From: Schmidtea nova
Taxonomy: Eukaryota
Assembly: GCA_044892505.1 (NCBI GenBank)
Contig: CM097882.1
Span: 477,214,001 to 477,278,000, forward strand
Direction: 5' to 3'
Length of the DNA stretch: 64,000 nt
Part shown: piece by piece, positions 1 through 12,500 of the stretch
Numbering within the stretch: the first letter of the stretch is position 1
Layout of the letters: the number at the start of each line of letters is the position of its first letter
Notes under the pieces: generated by a model
What the model saw: only the letters and a program-made list of their open reading frames with translations
The model's database searches: none
What the model was told of the DNA's origin: nothing
Made by a program: the position numbers and the translations under genes

Positions 1-3000
1 CATTAGAATTAATTTAGAAAAAATTAAGAGAAAATTCTAGAACAATTTGTTTTATTGCACTACCGGAGATAGAGAAAATTTGATGGTATATATACCGCCA
101 TCAAAATGGCAGATTTCAGATTTTGTGGAAAAAATTTTTTTGTTTTGCTAGCTAAGAGAATTTGTGAGAAGTTTTCCGAAAATTTTTATTGCTAACCTAA
201 TTAAAGAGAATTTGTACCATTTGCCTCAGAAATTTAGAATTGAAGATATTGTGGAAAGGATTCAATTTATTGGAAAATCGGAATTGGTCAAAATTTAGTT
301 CCCGGAGCACGAACCTTTTTAGTAGAAAACAAAATTTCTTCCTGGAGTTTGAAATGTTAGGTTTATTTTATTTTTGTTTTATTTTAAACTGATTCGAGGG
401 GTATGGGATCGTCGGTAATCATGCCTGTCGATCATCCCATTCCTCACGTTCGTATTATTTAAAAATGTATTATTTTTGTTATTTTATATAATGCAATTAT
501 TTTATTTTGATATTATTAAATATTAAAAATTTATTTTATTCAGTTTGATTTTGAAAATATTTTTGTTTATTATACTCACAAGTTCCCAAAACACCTAAAA
601 TTACTATGAGAATTGTCGAAATAAACTTATGAAATTAAATAATTTTTTTTATCTCCCATATCTTCTGACGATCCGTCCAGCCTTGGTTGTGCGGATCTGT
701 TAGTAGCCTGGGTGGATCGTTGTCTGATTGGTAATCGGCCAGCCCATATTTCCACTTTAAGGTGAGGCTCATACATCCAAATTCTCGTCATCCCAACTGG
801 GGAATCGTGGTTTGGCCAAGAGCAAGGTTTTGTTATACTAATGATTTTTATTATAATAGAGTATCATATTTTTATTATCTACATAAGCAATTTCGTAACA
901 CAACATAAAATCTTCTAATTCACGTCTTGAAATCTAAAATAGGAAATATTATTGATTAAAAAAAAAAAAAAAAAAAAAAAATCGACTCGTACTCACCTTC
1001 ACCTTCGCACTCTCAACAACGATCATCTCATGAGAAAATGCAAGAAAAATGGATGCTAACGATGAAAAGAAAATTGTTCGAATTAATGCTCAAGTCTAGA
1101 ATGATGCTCACGAAACGAAATGAATTGTGAAACAAGTATTGATTTAGTCTGAATTTAAGACTCATTATGGTCTAAATAAGTTTTTCCTGTGAATCTTGTT
1201 TTTCGAGAGCCTGAAATTCCTAAGTGAAGTGTCCCGAAAAATTCGCGTGCACTTTGATTGGGAAATTCATGCTCAACAAAACCGAAATTTACTTCACTTG
1301 ATGTTAAAAATATTCGTCGAAAAAGGTGTAACTTATTTTATTTTATTTTTTATTTTTATTTAGTATATAAATCTCTTTAGATTAAATGCATATTTAGATC
1401 TCGAAATTCATGGATAAAATATTTTTATTATTATTTCATTTTGATCAAGAATAAAAATTTGCTTTTTATTATACTGCAAAAATTTTAAAATGAAAAAATT
1501 ATAAACCAAAAAATGTTCCTAATATTATTAATATAAAAAAGATCTTATCATTTCATAAAATTCCAGAGAATTTGCAAATCAAAAGTTATATTAAACCCCA
1601 TAAAAATTATAGATTGAAAGTTTATTGTTATAGTAAAAATTCTTATTATTTTATAAAAATCTGAATTTGAAATTTTATAGAAAATTTTTTGGTTAATATA
1701 TATTCTAAAATATAAAAGGTTAAAAACCTATCTTATAAAAAAATTAAAAATTTTATCATTAGTAAATTTTTCATGAAACTATAAATACAAAAAAAATTTC
1801 ATAAAAAGCATTATAAAAATTATTATTATTATTTTAATTTAAAATTATTATTATTATGTTAAAATTATTTTATATAGTTTATTTAAATTATAATATAACC
1901 CCCCCCACGATATCTTAAAAATATTAATACATCACTCATTGCAAGAAATCACACCCTTTTCACTCAATAGCATCACCCATACTAATATACAAGCAACATA
2001 CATATAAAATACAATATACACACATACACCGTATCGTTCAATAACATTCAACAATCACATGCATACAAGCAAACCATACAGAAAATCTACACCGTTAGGT
2101 TAGTTAGCATCATATATCCATAGCTCATTCAGGCACTCGCTCAATCACATCCACATCGTTTATTTCATCCAACCGACCAATGAACACACCAACACATGCA
2201 TTTATAACAATAGGAAGTCCACCACCGAACTATAAAAGAAAAAAAAACATAAACGTGATTCACCACAATAGGTATTTCCCACAAATCTATAACAAAATAT
2301 AGCAGCCTCATTCACCTTCAGATCATCACCTTAGAAATTACTTTCATTCATCTGTGAACATACCTCGCTGACAATATAACTTCCAATACCACTACCCAAC
2401 AGTTGACAATGATTTATATATACCCCACTTCATATTTTAAAAAATTTTATAATAATAAAAAGACATTCAAGACAAAAAATTTATTGATAATAAACATCAT
2501 TCACAACAGTTCCAGAAAACAGTCTGGTAGGGATTTCCCATAAGGAAGTTGGTTCCGTTGAGGAGTAAAACAACATCCAATTTGGGTACGATTTCTCGAA
2601 AATATCCAATCGTACTATACGTCTGGCAGATATGAGAACGAAACAAAAAAATTAATTCCACAGAGCAACTGCCGCTTGCGACGATTGATAGATTTTATTT
2701 TTGTGGTTCCTCATCGGAAAGCTGCTGGAGAATTTTTATTTAAGCCCTCGAATTTAAAGGGAAAAGATATTGGTCTATCATAGACTTGGCATTGAACGAC
2801 GAACGTGGTGAATCTAGTGGCCTCTGAATCAAGTGATAATAAAGTAAAAATATATTGATAAATCTAAATTACCATTTTCGACGATGATAAATTTTCCAAT
2901 TGAGTAGAATTTCATAATAGGAATTTGAGAGAAATTAAATAAATAAATGATAATTCAAATTGTTATCATTTACAATTGAGGGGAAATAAATTTTTCTTCT

Positions 3001-3801
3001 GGTTCAAACAAGAAGAATATTTCCGTTTGGTAAATTGCACCTAATTTTGTTCCAAATAAATTTAAAAATGCAAAAAATTTTTTAAATTAAATTCAAGAAT
3101 TAAATAATTTCAAAAGACCGAAATCTGATGGTTATAAATTATAAGCAAAAGTTTTACTAAATCAATTTCGTTACTAAGGCCTCAGCAAAATTTTAAAATC
3201 AAAATATTGAAATTTTAATAAATATTTTATTATAAATTTAAAGCAAGATAGACAATAGGATTTGAATATAAATAAAGTTTACATAAATTTTAAATATAAA
3301 AAACATAACAATTTAAGGAAATTGCGATAATGATAAAAATTTGGGTCTAAATAAGAGCAATTTGTATATTCCCAAATATATACATTTTCTGAAGGAATAA
3401 TTGATCACCTATTTGAGTTGCGATAATATTTTCGAATGCATGTTGCGAATAGAGTAAAAGCGCTCGAATAAATTAATTGATTAATAAATAAATCACAGTT
3501 TGGCGAAAATACTCAAATAAAAATCTCGTAATAAACCTATACAGTGATAGAACAGATAAATTAAGGGGGACAAAAATGGGCAAGAAACCTTCTATCGGTA
3601 GCCCTTGGACCCAGGAGATATTCGGTCAATCATAGTTTCGTATTGACGACGCTCACTGATTGCGAATACCCACCCACTTGTTACAGTACCAACGTTACAT
3701 AGTGACGGGTAACAAGGTGGTAATTTCAATGTTTTATGTGTTGAGTTGTTGATGAGAGCCATAGAAACGTCAAGGTCATATTGACGGTCAACAACCCACC
3801 A
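1..3801 (+). repeat. 5' LTR (truncated by window start)
   Basis: Matches 20188-23987; in spot checks the only difference was a C8 vs C7 run (~1889 vs ~22086). Ends in CA and is followed by the PBS. Confidence 0.9.
3619..3801 (+). other. Structured U5-terminal element (three stem-loops), also at the 3' LTR end (~23805-23987) and in diverged copies
   Basis: Pairings: TATTCG..CAATCA/TGATTG-CGAATA with inner TCGT/ACGA hairpin; CCACTTGTTAC/GTAACAAGGTGG; GTTGTTGA/TCAACAAC enclosing CGTCAA/TTGACG. Confidence 0.6.
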
Positions 3802-3811
3802 TATAAAAATT

Positions 3812-3829
3812 TGGGGGCTCAGCCGGGAT
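3812..3829 (+). promoter_or_regulatory. Primer-binding site complementary to tRNA-Pro 3' end
   Basis: TGGGGGCTCAGCCGGGAT vs canonical Pro PBS TGGGGGCTCGTCCGGGAT (16/18), 10 nt after the LTR end; absent after the 3' LTR. Confidence 0.88.
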
Positions 3830-4105
3830 TATCTCGATTTAGCTAGTTTGTTTTGTGTGAAGCGAAAATCAATGGAAATGACTTTACGTGGAAGTTTGTT
3901 AATGTTTTTGCGTTGGAAAGATAAAAGTATTTTAAAGAAAAACGAGATTTGGTGAAAGTTTTATAAAAATCGATAATCATTTGAGTATTTTCGACGAAAA
4001 TGGAAAAAATTTATGCTTGATTATTAATATTATTTATATTACTATTATTATTTTTACGACAATAGTTATTTTATACCATTATAAGTATTATTATTAGGAT
4101 TATAA

Positions 4106-4259
4106 NNNNNNNNNNNNNNNNNNNNNNNNNNNNNNNNNNNNNNNNNNNNNNNNNNNNNNNNNNNNNNNNNNNNNNNNNNNNNNNNNNNNNNNNNNNNNNN
4201 NNNNNNNNNNNNNNNNNNNNNNNNNNNNNNNNNNNNNNNNNNNNNNNNNNNNNNNNNNN
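4106..4259. other. Assembly gap (N run)
   Basis: 154 N bases. Confidence 0.99.
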
Positions 4260-4919
4260 CATTGAGTAGAGAATTATAAGTAGAGAATATTATTTTAAGT
4301 ACCATTTTGAATTAAGATTTGGAAAAATTTGGAAAATAAAAAGTTCCGAATCAAAATCACCGCGAAAGCGAATAAAAGTTAAGCCGAAAAAACGATCTTT
4401 AAGCCCCACGAGCAGCCAATGATTGGAATTGAGAGCGAATAATAACAACAGAGCGTAGAATAAGTGTCTTTAATACAAATAAACGTCAAACATAGCATAG
4501 GATAAAAAGTCGAGCCGGAATGGGTCAAAAGTCTAAGAAAATCACGGGTAAAATAGTCAAAAATACCAAATCGCGACAAATGAACCCCGCGAACAACCAA
4601 TAATCGTAAAATTGTTCAAATAACGTCCATGGAGCGTAGAAAGTGAGTGTGCAACACCGGCAAGTGGAAAATACCTCGAAAGATAGAATATGACACCGGA
4701 ATCCGCAAAAAGTGTAGAAAATCGCCGCTAAGAAATTTAAAAGATTGAAGAAATTACGGAATTTTGACCCAAGAAAGCAGTAACACCAAGTATTAATGAT
4801 AGTGTAGATATCAGAATTATTATTATCATCATTTTAGTTGTGGAAACAGTAATTTGGTCAAATAATATAAAAATAAAACTGATTTATTATATTTTTATTA
4901 TAATTATTACGTAATAATA

Positions 4920-5160
4920 TATAAGAAATATATTGGGTGAATTGCCGTATAACGCGCATTATTATTATTATCATTATAATTATTATTATTACTATTATTA
5001 TTATCAATTTAGTTATTATTACTAGTAGTACTATAAGCATCTTAGTATAATTATTATTATTATTATTATTATTATCATTATTATTATTAATATTATTATT
5101 ATTACTGTTATTATCATGAGTGTTACTGTGGATGTCATTATTATTACTAACGATATCGAT
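4920..5160. repeat. (ATT)n-rich microsatellite/low complexity
   Basis: Repeated attattatt tracts; similar tract at ~9040-9090. Confidence 0.8.
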
Positions 5161-5924
5161 GTTATATTATTTGATTGAGAATGACTGAGGTATGACCCCT
5201 GTAATTTTATTTTTGTTGGCAGAGAGGGACATGGAAAGTATCGGGTCTAAAAGAAATAACGGCGAAAATGGAGCAATGCGTGAATTGTTTGTTTTAATTA
5301 ATATAATAATACAAGTAGAGAATGAATGATATAATCTAATAAGTTTGAAGTTTGAATGTTGCGAAAAATTAGATTGTTGAAGTCAAAATGATGCATGGTG
5401 ATATTGGAATGTTGATCGCGACTCAATTCGGGAATCGAAATCGGGTATAATTCAAAAATCTGATGAAATCATAAAATAATATCTAGTAACGACTTAAAAA
5501 AAACAAATATAATGATATAGAACCAAACAAGAAAACGTGAGACTTAACGTAAATACGAAAATCGTGAGATGCCCAAAATTAGGAACCTAGTAAAAGGAGA
5601 TGCTATATGACCATACGATACGGGATAGAGTTCACGCGAATCACTTAGGGAATAAATATTCGAATATACAAAATTGCTTTTAGTAAACAAAAAATTACCA
5701 AAAAATTGCGAATACTGTAAATAAAAAATATAATTATCTTAAAATTGATAAAAAGTGTAAAAATCATGAAAAAATTGTGTAAATAAATGTTCAATTATTT
5801 TTTATTTAGAAAATATTAGTATATAAAAAAAAATATAAAAAATCATAAAAATTATGTACATAATGGCTGATTATTTTAATATTTTATTCGAAAAATATCG
5901 AATATGGACGAATGGAGAAAATTA

Positions 5925-6570
5925 TAAAAATATAAAAATATAAAAAATATAAAAATACAAAAATATATGTATAAAAATGGCTGAATATTCTGTTAGTTAA
6001 AAATATAAAAATATAAAAATATAAAAATACAAAAATATATGTATAAAAATGGCTGAATATTCTGTTAGTTAAAAATATAAAAATATAAAAATACAAAAAT
6101 ATATGTATAAAAATGGCTGAATATTCTGTTAGTTAAAAATATAAAAATATAAAAATATAAAAATACAAAAATATATGTATAAAAATGGCTGAATATTCTG
6201 TTAGTTAAAAATATAAAAATATAAAAATATAAAAATACAAAAATATATGTATAAAAATGGCTGAATATTCTGTTAGTTAAAAATATAAAAATATAAAAAT
6301 ATAAAAATACAAAAATATATGTATAAAAATGGCTGAATATTCTGTTAGTTAAAAATATAAAAATATAAAAATATAAAAATACAAAAATATATGTATAAAA
6401 ATGGCTGAATATTCTGTTAGTTAAAAATATAAAAATATAAAAATATAAAAATACAAAAATATATGTATAAAAATGGCTGAATATTCTGTTAGTTAAAAAT
6501 ATAAAAATATAAAAATATAAAAATACAAAAATATATGTATAAAAATGGCTGAATATTCTGTTAGTAGTAG
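5925..6570. repeat. Tandem array, 9 units of ~72 bp (one 64 bp) inside the element leader
   Basis: Nine copies of ATGTATAAAAATGGCTGAATATTCTGTTAG separated by a variable number of 8-bp AAAAATAT modules. Confidence 0.95.
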
Positions 6571-6713
6571 TTTTGAAAAAATACAAAATATATAAAAAAT
6601 TATAAAAATTCGTGTACATAGCTGTTGAAGTTTTTATTATTTATTTTTCGTTCAAATCATAATGAATGGTTAATTCAAAAAGTTATAAACACCAGTCATC
6701 ATGAATATTTTAG

Positions 6714-7196
6714 ATGGAATCGATGGAGCATATTTTACTACGAATCGAGTTGTTTTTCGATTTTAAAAATGACCCATTGCAGGTGTTGAGCGAGAAACTC
6801 GAACGAGTAAATGGAATAAAAGATGAATTATTGTTGAATCCTAGACCACAACCCGAGAACCTAATAGTGATTGCAGGAATTGTGGGAACAACAAACGATA
6901 TTTCGTTGGAAATGATTTATGAATTACAACGATTGCGACTGAATAATCCGAATTTTAATCTAAAAATACAAGAATGGATTGGTAAAATCGATAAAATCAT
7001 GGACAAGCTAGAGAGATCGATAAATCAACAGAGCGATTCGTTCGAAAGATGTTATATTTGTCGACAAAAAGAAGCGAACATTTTATTCATGCCATGTGGG
7101 CATTTGTGCTATTGCCAGCCGTGCTCTAGAAAAATAAAGAGATGCGTAATCTGCAAACAGACAATTGATGACAAAATCATCGTATTTTGTTCGTAA
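6714..7196 (+). CDS. RING-finger (C3HC4, IAP/Mind-bomb-type) putative E3 ubiquitin ligase, 160 aa, no BIR domain
   Basis: C-terminal CYIC-x-ANILFMPCGHLCYCQPCSRKIKRCVICKQTI; acceptor TTTTAG directly before the ATG. Confidence 0.85.
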   Translation: MESMEHILLRIELFFDFKNDPLQVLSEKLERVNGIKDELLLNPRPQPENLIVIAGIVGTTNDISLEMIYELQRLRLNNPNFNLKIQEWIGKIDKIMDKLERSINQQSDSFERCYICRQKEANILFMPCGHLCYCQPCSRKIKRCVICKQTIDDKIIVFCS

Positions 7197-8240
7197 AGAA
7201 TGTCGTTCGAAATAAACGTTTTGGTCGTATTTAACTTCGTCGATCATCCAGTACTCCAAACCGTTAAAAAAAAAAAAAAAAAAAATTAAATAAACACAGA
7301 ACACTAGGTAATTAATAACTGAGAATCGTGAAAAAACATAACAAGTAACGGCTAATGCCGAAAAATCAAACATTAGGAAAATGGGAATTTGTGACAAAGT
7401 TACTTTTCTTTTCTTTTTGAATTTTCTTTATTATTATTATAAATCCTCCTCATAATTATTATTTTGAACCGAATTTCATTACTATAATCTTCCTTATTAC
7501 CATTATTATATTGATTATCATTATTATACTGATCATTATATATATAAATATGTATGTATTAGGACGAGCCATAAGTAGCGTTATAGAAGTTGATTTTATA
7601 AGGGAATCTTCCGAAATACAGTGAGAAATGAGTGTCTGAGTAGAAACGAGAAAATAGTCCACAAATTCATAACTGAGCTATCAAAAGATAGTACGCCAAG
7701 TTTTAACAGAGCTATCAAAAGATAGTACGTCAATATTTTTGTTGTTAAAAATTAGCAGACAACAAACGGGGAAAAACTTGATCACCTTGAGGAAAGAGAG
7801 TAGAATAGGATATCCATCGCATATGTTGGCGAAATTTCGTTTGTGACTGATCATCACAAATTGCGAAACGAGTTAACGCGATTATTTTACGATTTTGAAT
7901 TAGGTGAAAGGGCTTAACCCGTAATGTTCGTCTTATACACCAGTTTGCCAAGGCATGATTGGTACACTGAGGTAGAGGACAGTAACATTAATAAAGAGAA
8001 AGATGCTGCAGATTTTAGAAAGTCGAAAGAGTAAAAAGTGAATTTCGATGATTATAGTAGATGATAGTATAATAAGAAAAGATTCTACCATGGTAGTTAG
8101 GGAATTGATTCGTAATTGAGAAGTAGTAGAACAATTTGAGAAAAACAGTCAGCAACAGCGAATTTAGTTAAAAATTTGAGAATAGGGAAACGAGTGATTG
8201 AATAGCATAAAGAGAATAATCGAAGACGGCCGAGAAAAAA

Positions 8241-8788
8241 TTGAGAAACTTTGAGAGTTCATGTATGTGAGAGACTTTGAGAGTCCAGATAATTGAGAAA
8301 CTTTGAGAGTTCATGTATGTGAGAGACTTTGAGAGTCCAGATAATTGAGAAACTTTGAGAGTTCATGTATGTGAGAGACTTTGAGAGTCCAGATAATTGA
8401 GAAACTTTGAGAGTTCATGTATGTGAGAGACTTTGAGAGTCCAGATAATTGAGAGACTTTGAGAGTCCAGATAATTGAGAGACTTTGAGAGTCCAGATAA
8501 TTGAGAGACTTTGAGAGTCCAGATAATTGAGAGACTTTGAGAGTCCAGGTAATTTAGAGACTTTGAGAGTCCAGATAATTGAGCGCTCTGGGAGAGACTT
8601 TGAGAGTCCAGATAATTGAGAGACTTTGAGAGTCCAGATGATTGAGAAACTTTGAGAGTTCATGTATGAGAGACTTTGAGAGTCCAGATAATTGAGAAAC
8701 TTTGAGAGTTCATGTATGAGAGACTTTGAGAGTCCAGATAATTGAGAAACTTTGAGAGTTCATGTATGTGAGAGACTTTGAGAGTCCA
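8241..8788. repeat. Tandem array of ~21 x 26-bp monomers partly organised as 52-bp dimers
   Basis: Alternating TGAGAAACTTTGAGAGTTCATGTATG / TGAGAGACTTTGAGAGTCCAGATAAT units. Confidence 0.95.
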
Positions 8789-9551
8789 ATGTTTGTGGAT
8801 ATTGTTGAGAAATTTAGGAAAAACGTTTGAGAAATAGAATTAAATAAAACTGCAGTTATAATTTTGTTATGATAGAGAGAAACGTTGAACGCGAATACTT
8901 AAGGTGTAGTAAGATAAACCGTTAATAAGAGCAGATAAAAGACATCGAGAAATACTTAGGAAATAAAATAATGGCCATGAATAGATAACGAACAAGACAT
9001 TTTTCCTCGAATGCCGAGATGAGTATGATCATACTGTTATTATAGTATTAGTAATGTTATTATTATTGTTACTATTATTATTATTATTATCAGGGTATAG
9101 ATAATTGATACGACCATATAGATAATTATTACGAGATATAGATAATTTAAAATCTGAGCTCAGAGTAAAAGGGGGGTAAATGGCGTCGATGAAGAAGCGA
9201 TATTTTTATTTAGATTGTCCAACAGATCAAAGCCAAGCCAAGAGATAGTCAAATCAATCAGTTATTGAAGAGGTATATATAGAAGAAAAGAAGAAAAAGA
9301 AGTCTAATTGAAAAGGAAAGAAGTAAAAGAAAATAAATCAAAGAAGATCCAATTGAAGATAAAAGAAAGATCAGCAATCGATATTAAACACAAATTGACA
9401 ATATTACCAAACCAACCAAGTTCGTAAAGTCGAAAGATAAAGAGTCAAATCTATTAAAAACGACGAAAGGAAATTAAAAAGAAATAAAGCTGATAAATAA
9501 AGAAGTAAAATCCACAATATTAGAAAGTTTGTAGCCGATTTTCAGAAAGAA

Positions 9552-12500
9552 ATGGAGGAGAATCAGAAAGTTACCAGTGCAAACTCAGAAGATAATTTAT
9601 TAAAAGAAGAGCAGAAAATAACCAGTTCAAATGTAGAAGATAATTTACAGGAAGAAGAAAAAGAAGTAATAACAATGAAAATGCAACTACAACAGAATAT
9701 CGAAGGAAAAGTAAATGAAATGATAACCGAATTATCAGACGTTGAAATTGAAAGAAAGGGAAATGTATATGAATTTTCAGTAAAAGATATGGAGGGAGAA
9801 GAAAAGAAGAAGTTTGTGGAGAAATATAACCGAAAAAGAAGAGAAAGAAGAAGCAATGATGATACATGTAGCATGGACGAGAAATGGGATGAATCTACGA
9901 CAATCAAATTAGAAGAAGTGGCACAAAGATTGTTAACAATTACCATGGAAGAAATGACGAAAATGGATCAAAAATCAGAAGAAAAAATAAAATCAGCAAA
10001 ACTCGAAAGATCAAGACAAACGGAAACGTCAAAGACCGAACGATTAATCAGTAACCTAATCAAGAATGCAGGAAATCAATGCGAAACAACAACTGAATTA
10101 CTAAAATGGGTTATAAAAAATAGTGCAATTATATCAAACATGAGATTGATAGTGAAAGAAATCGAGAAATGCAGACGTTTATGCCCTTGGTATTCAACAC
10201 AATTTGATGACATCATGAGAAAATGGAAACAACTAGAACAAACAAACGATGATCCACAAATGTGCAGATTGAAAATTCAATTTCCGAATCTAGAAGAAAT
10301 AAAGATGAATGTATCATTAACAACAAAGATCAAAGAGATAAAAGAGAGATTACCATTTAACTTACCATTTCACTTGAAATATGATGGAGAATCGCTGGAT
10401 GATGATATAGAAATCGGTGTAACCCCGATACAAATCAAAACAAGTAATAAATTAACTGTTGATAAAATTGCAGGAAGCGAGTTGACCAGAAAAGCGAGAG
10501 GTGAAGATAATCCCGAAATAACGATAATTGCCATGATGAAAACTCCAGCTGGACCAACACTTACAATTAACATCGAAGTTAATGGTGTAAAAGTAGACGC
10601 GATGATAGATACTGGCGCAAATATATCGGCAATAGATATCGATATGATACCAGAAATGTTACGGCTATGCATCGAGAAAACATCAGTAGACGTAATAACA
10701 TGCAGCAAAGAATCTGTCAATATCGTTGGAAAAATATGGACGGACATCGAATACAGAAAAGTAAAAATATCAACTTATTTGACAGTCATAAAACAACTGG
10801 GTGCCTCATGCATTATTGGAACAGACTTAATACCAAAACTGTTAAAAGGATCTGTAATCGATTTGAATACGATGAAGTTAAAACACCTAATTGAAGAGAA
10901 TGGCACAAGAGAAACAATGATAGAACAATCAAATCCAGAAACAACCAGAAAAGGACAAGTATATATGTTTCGAGAGAATAAAAATGACGATTGGCTACAT
11001 CGTATATTAACTGCGAGCAGAAAAGTAAATCAGCCGACAACAATATCTGAACAACCTAAGATAGTTGACGATGTAAAAATGGAGCACCGCAAAAAGATGG
11101 AATTGATCATTGAGATTACCAAAGAAATTATGCCAGAATGGTCACAAAGTAAAAATCTATTTGAAATATTGGGAGGAGTAAGCTTAATGGTTGAGGAATA
11201 TGCCAAAGGAAATGAAACGACAGAAGCGATGAATACCATAAAAGAAAGATTACCAATATTATTTACAATTGCCAGTTTTAAAGATGAGATACCGTTATAT
11301 CACGCAATAAAAAGTGGGAATGAACAGAGAATGTTTGAAATCATAAAACTCATGGAAAAGTGCAAGCAACATACCAACACGAAAAACTGGAAAGATCAAA
11401 CACCCTTGATGGTAGCAATTGAAAAAGGAGGATCCAAGAAACTCATAGCAGAACTGATGAGAACCGGATCAAGTTTTAAAGAAAGAGATGATAAAAATGA
11501 AACGGTGTTATCTTATGCAGTGCAAGCAAATAACCATCAAATAATCAAATATATTATGTCAAATGCTACAGAAGAAGATATTGAAGTGCTCAGTTCAGAT
11601 CCAAATCCATTAGTAAATGCAGTGAACAAAGATGCCGACGAAACAACAGCAAAAATGATTAAATGGTTACATCCAGTTACGCACGAAGGAGTGATAAATG
11701 TCAATGACAGATTTGAAGACGGTGAAAATATGATAATGAAAAGAGCCATGAAAAGAAAATGGAAAATGTGTAAAACGATTAAAGCATTGCTGCAAAGACC
11801 TGATTTCAGGTTTACGAACAACAAAAAAGAAAAAGAAAGAATTGGAGCTAAAAGACATGAATTATATCAGCAAGTTATCATATGGAAAGAAAATATAAAA
11901 GAAAGCAGAATTCACCGAAGCTGGAACAACGCCAAAGATGAAATAACCAAGAGAGCAAATATAAAAGCCGAAGCAGACGAAATAGCTAAAAGATATGAAG
12001 AAATAATAAAATTAATAAATGTCGAGGACGACATTTTAAACAGAACCGAGGGTGGTTCTAATGATCACAATGAGTCTGACGATGAAGGTGAAGAGAATAA
12101 CAACAACAAAACAAAGAAAGATGACAATGAGAGTATCAACAGAAACAATGACAAAGACGAGAAAGATGATGGAAAAAGCAATAACGACGAAATTGGGAAC
12201 AAAAGTGATGAACCCAAGCAAGAAACTTCAAACTATGAAAAACGAACAGCATGTCTACATAAAACTCGAATAAAAGACATAATATTACTGATATTGATGC
12301 TGTCAGCATTGAAAGGAACGGAAGCTGATGACAAGAGAAAACCAGTACAAGTATTAACACAAGGAGCAGATAATGAAGAAGCATGTTGGAGTAGCATCAA
12401 CTTGCAAAGTAAAGGAGATAACCCAGTCAAATGTCAACGAGCAGAAGGAGGAGAAATCCGAATAAATGGATTAAAACGAGAAACAAAATATAAAATCTGT

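Noticed and set aside
3744-3801. Hammerhead-ribozyme-like look (TGATGA...GAAAC...GTC with flanking stems) at the LTR end
   Set aside because: The core lacks the CU of CUGAUGA, stem II does not pair, and GAAA is GCAA/GTAA in the two related copies.
6065-6619. 184-aa minus-strand ORF and similar ORFs (5884-6096, 8415-8663, 4066-4305, 24229-24469, 26184-26441)
   Set aside because: Artefacts of tandem repeats, microsatellites or N runs.
8241-8788. CRISPR-like appearance of the regular arrays (also 5925-6570)
   Set aside because: Units are contiguous near-identical monomers with no unique spacers, there are no cas genes, and the context is eukaryotic.
9552-10260. Calling the ORF1 N-terminus Gag
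   Set aside because: No CCHC knuckle or recognisable capsid motif by eye; needs structure prediction.
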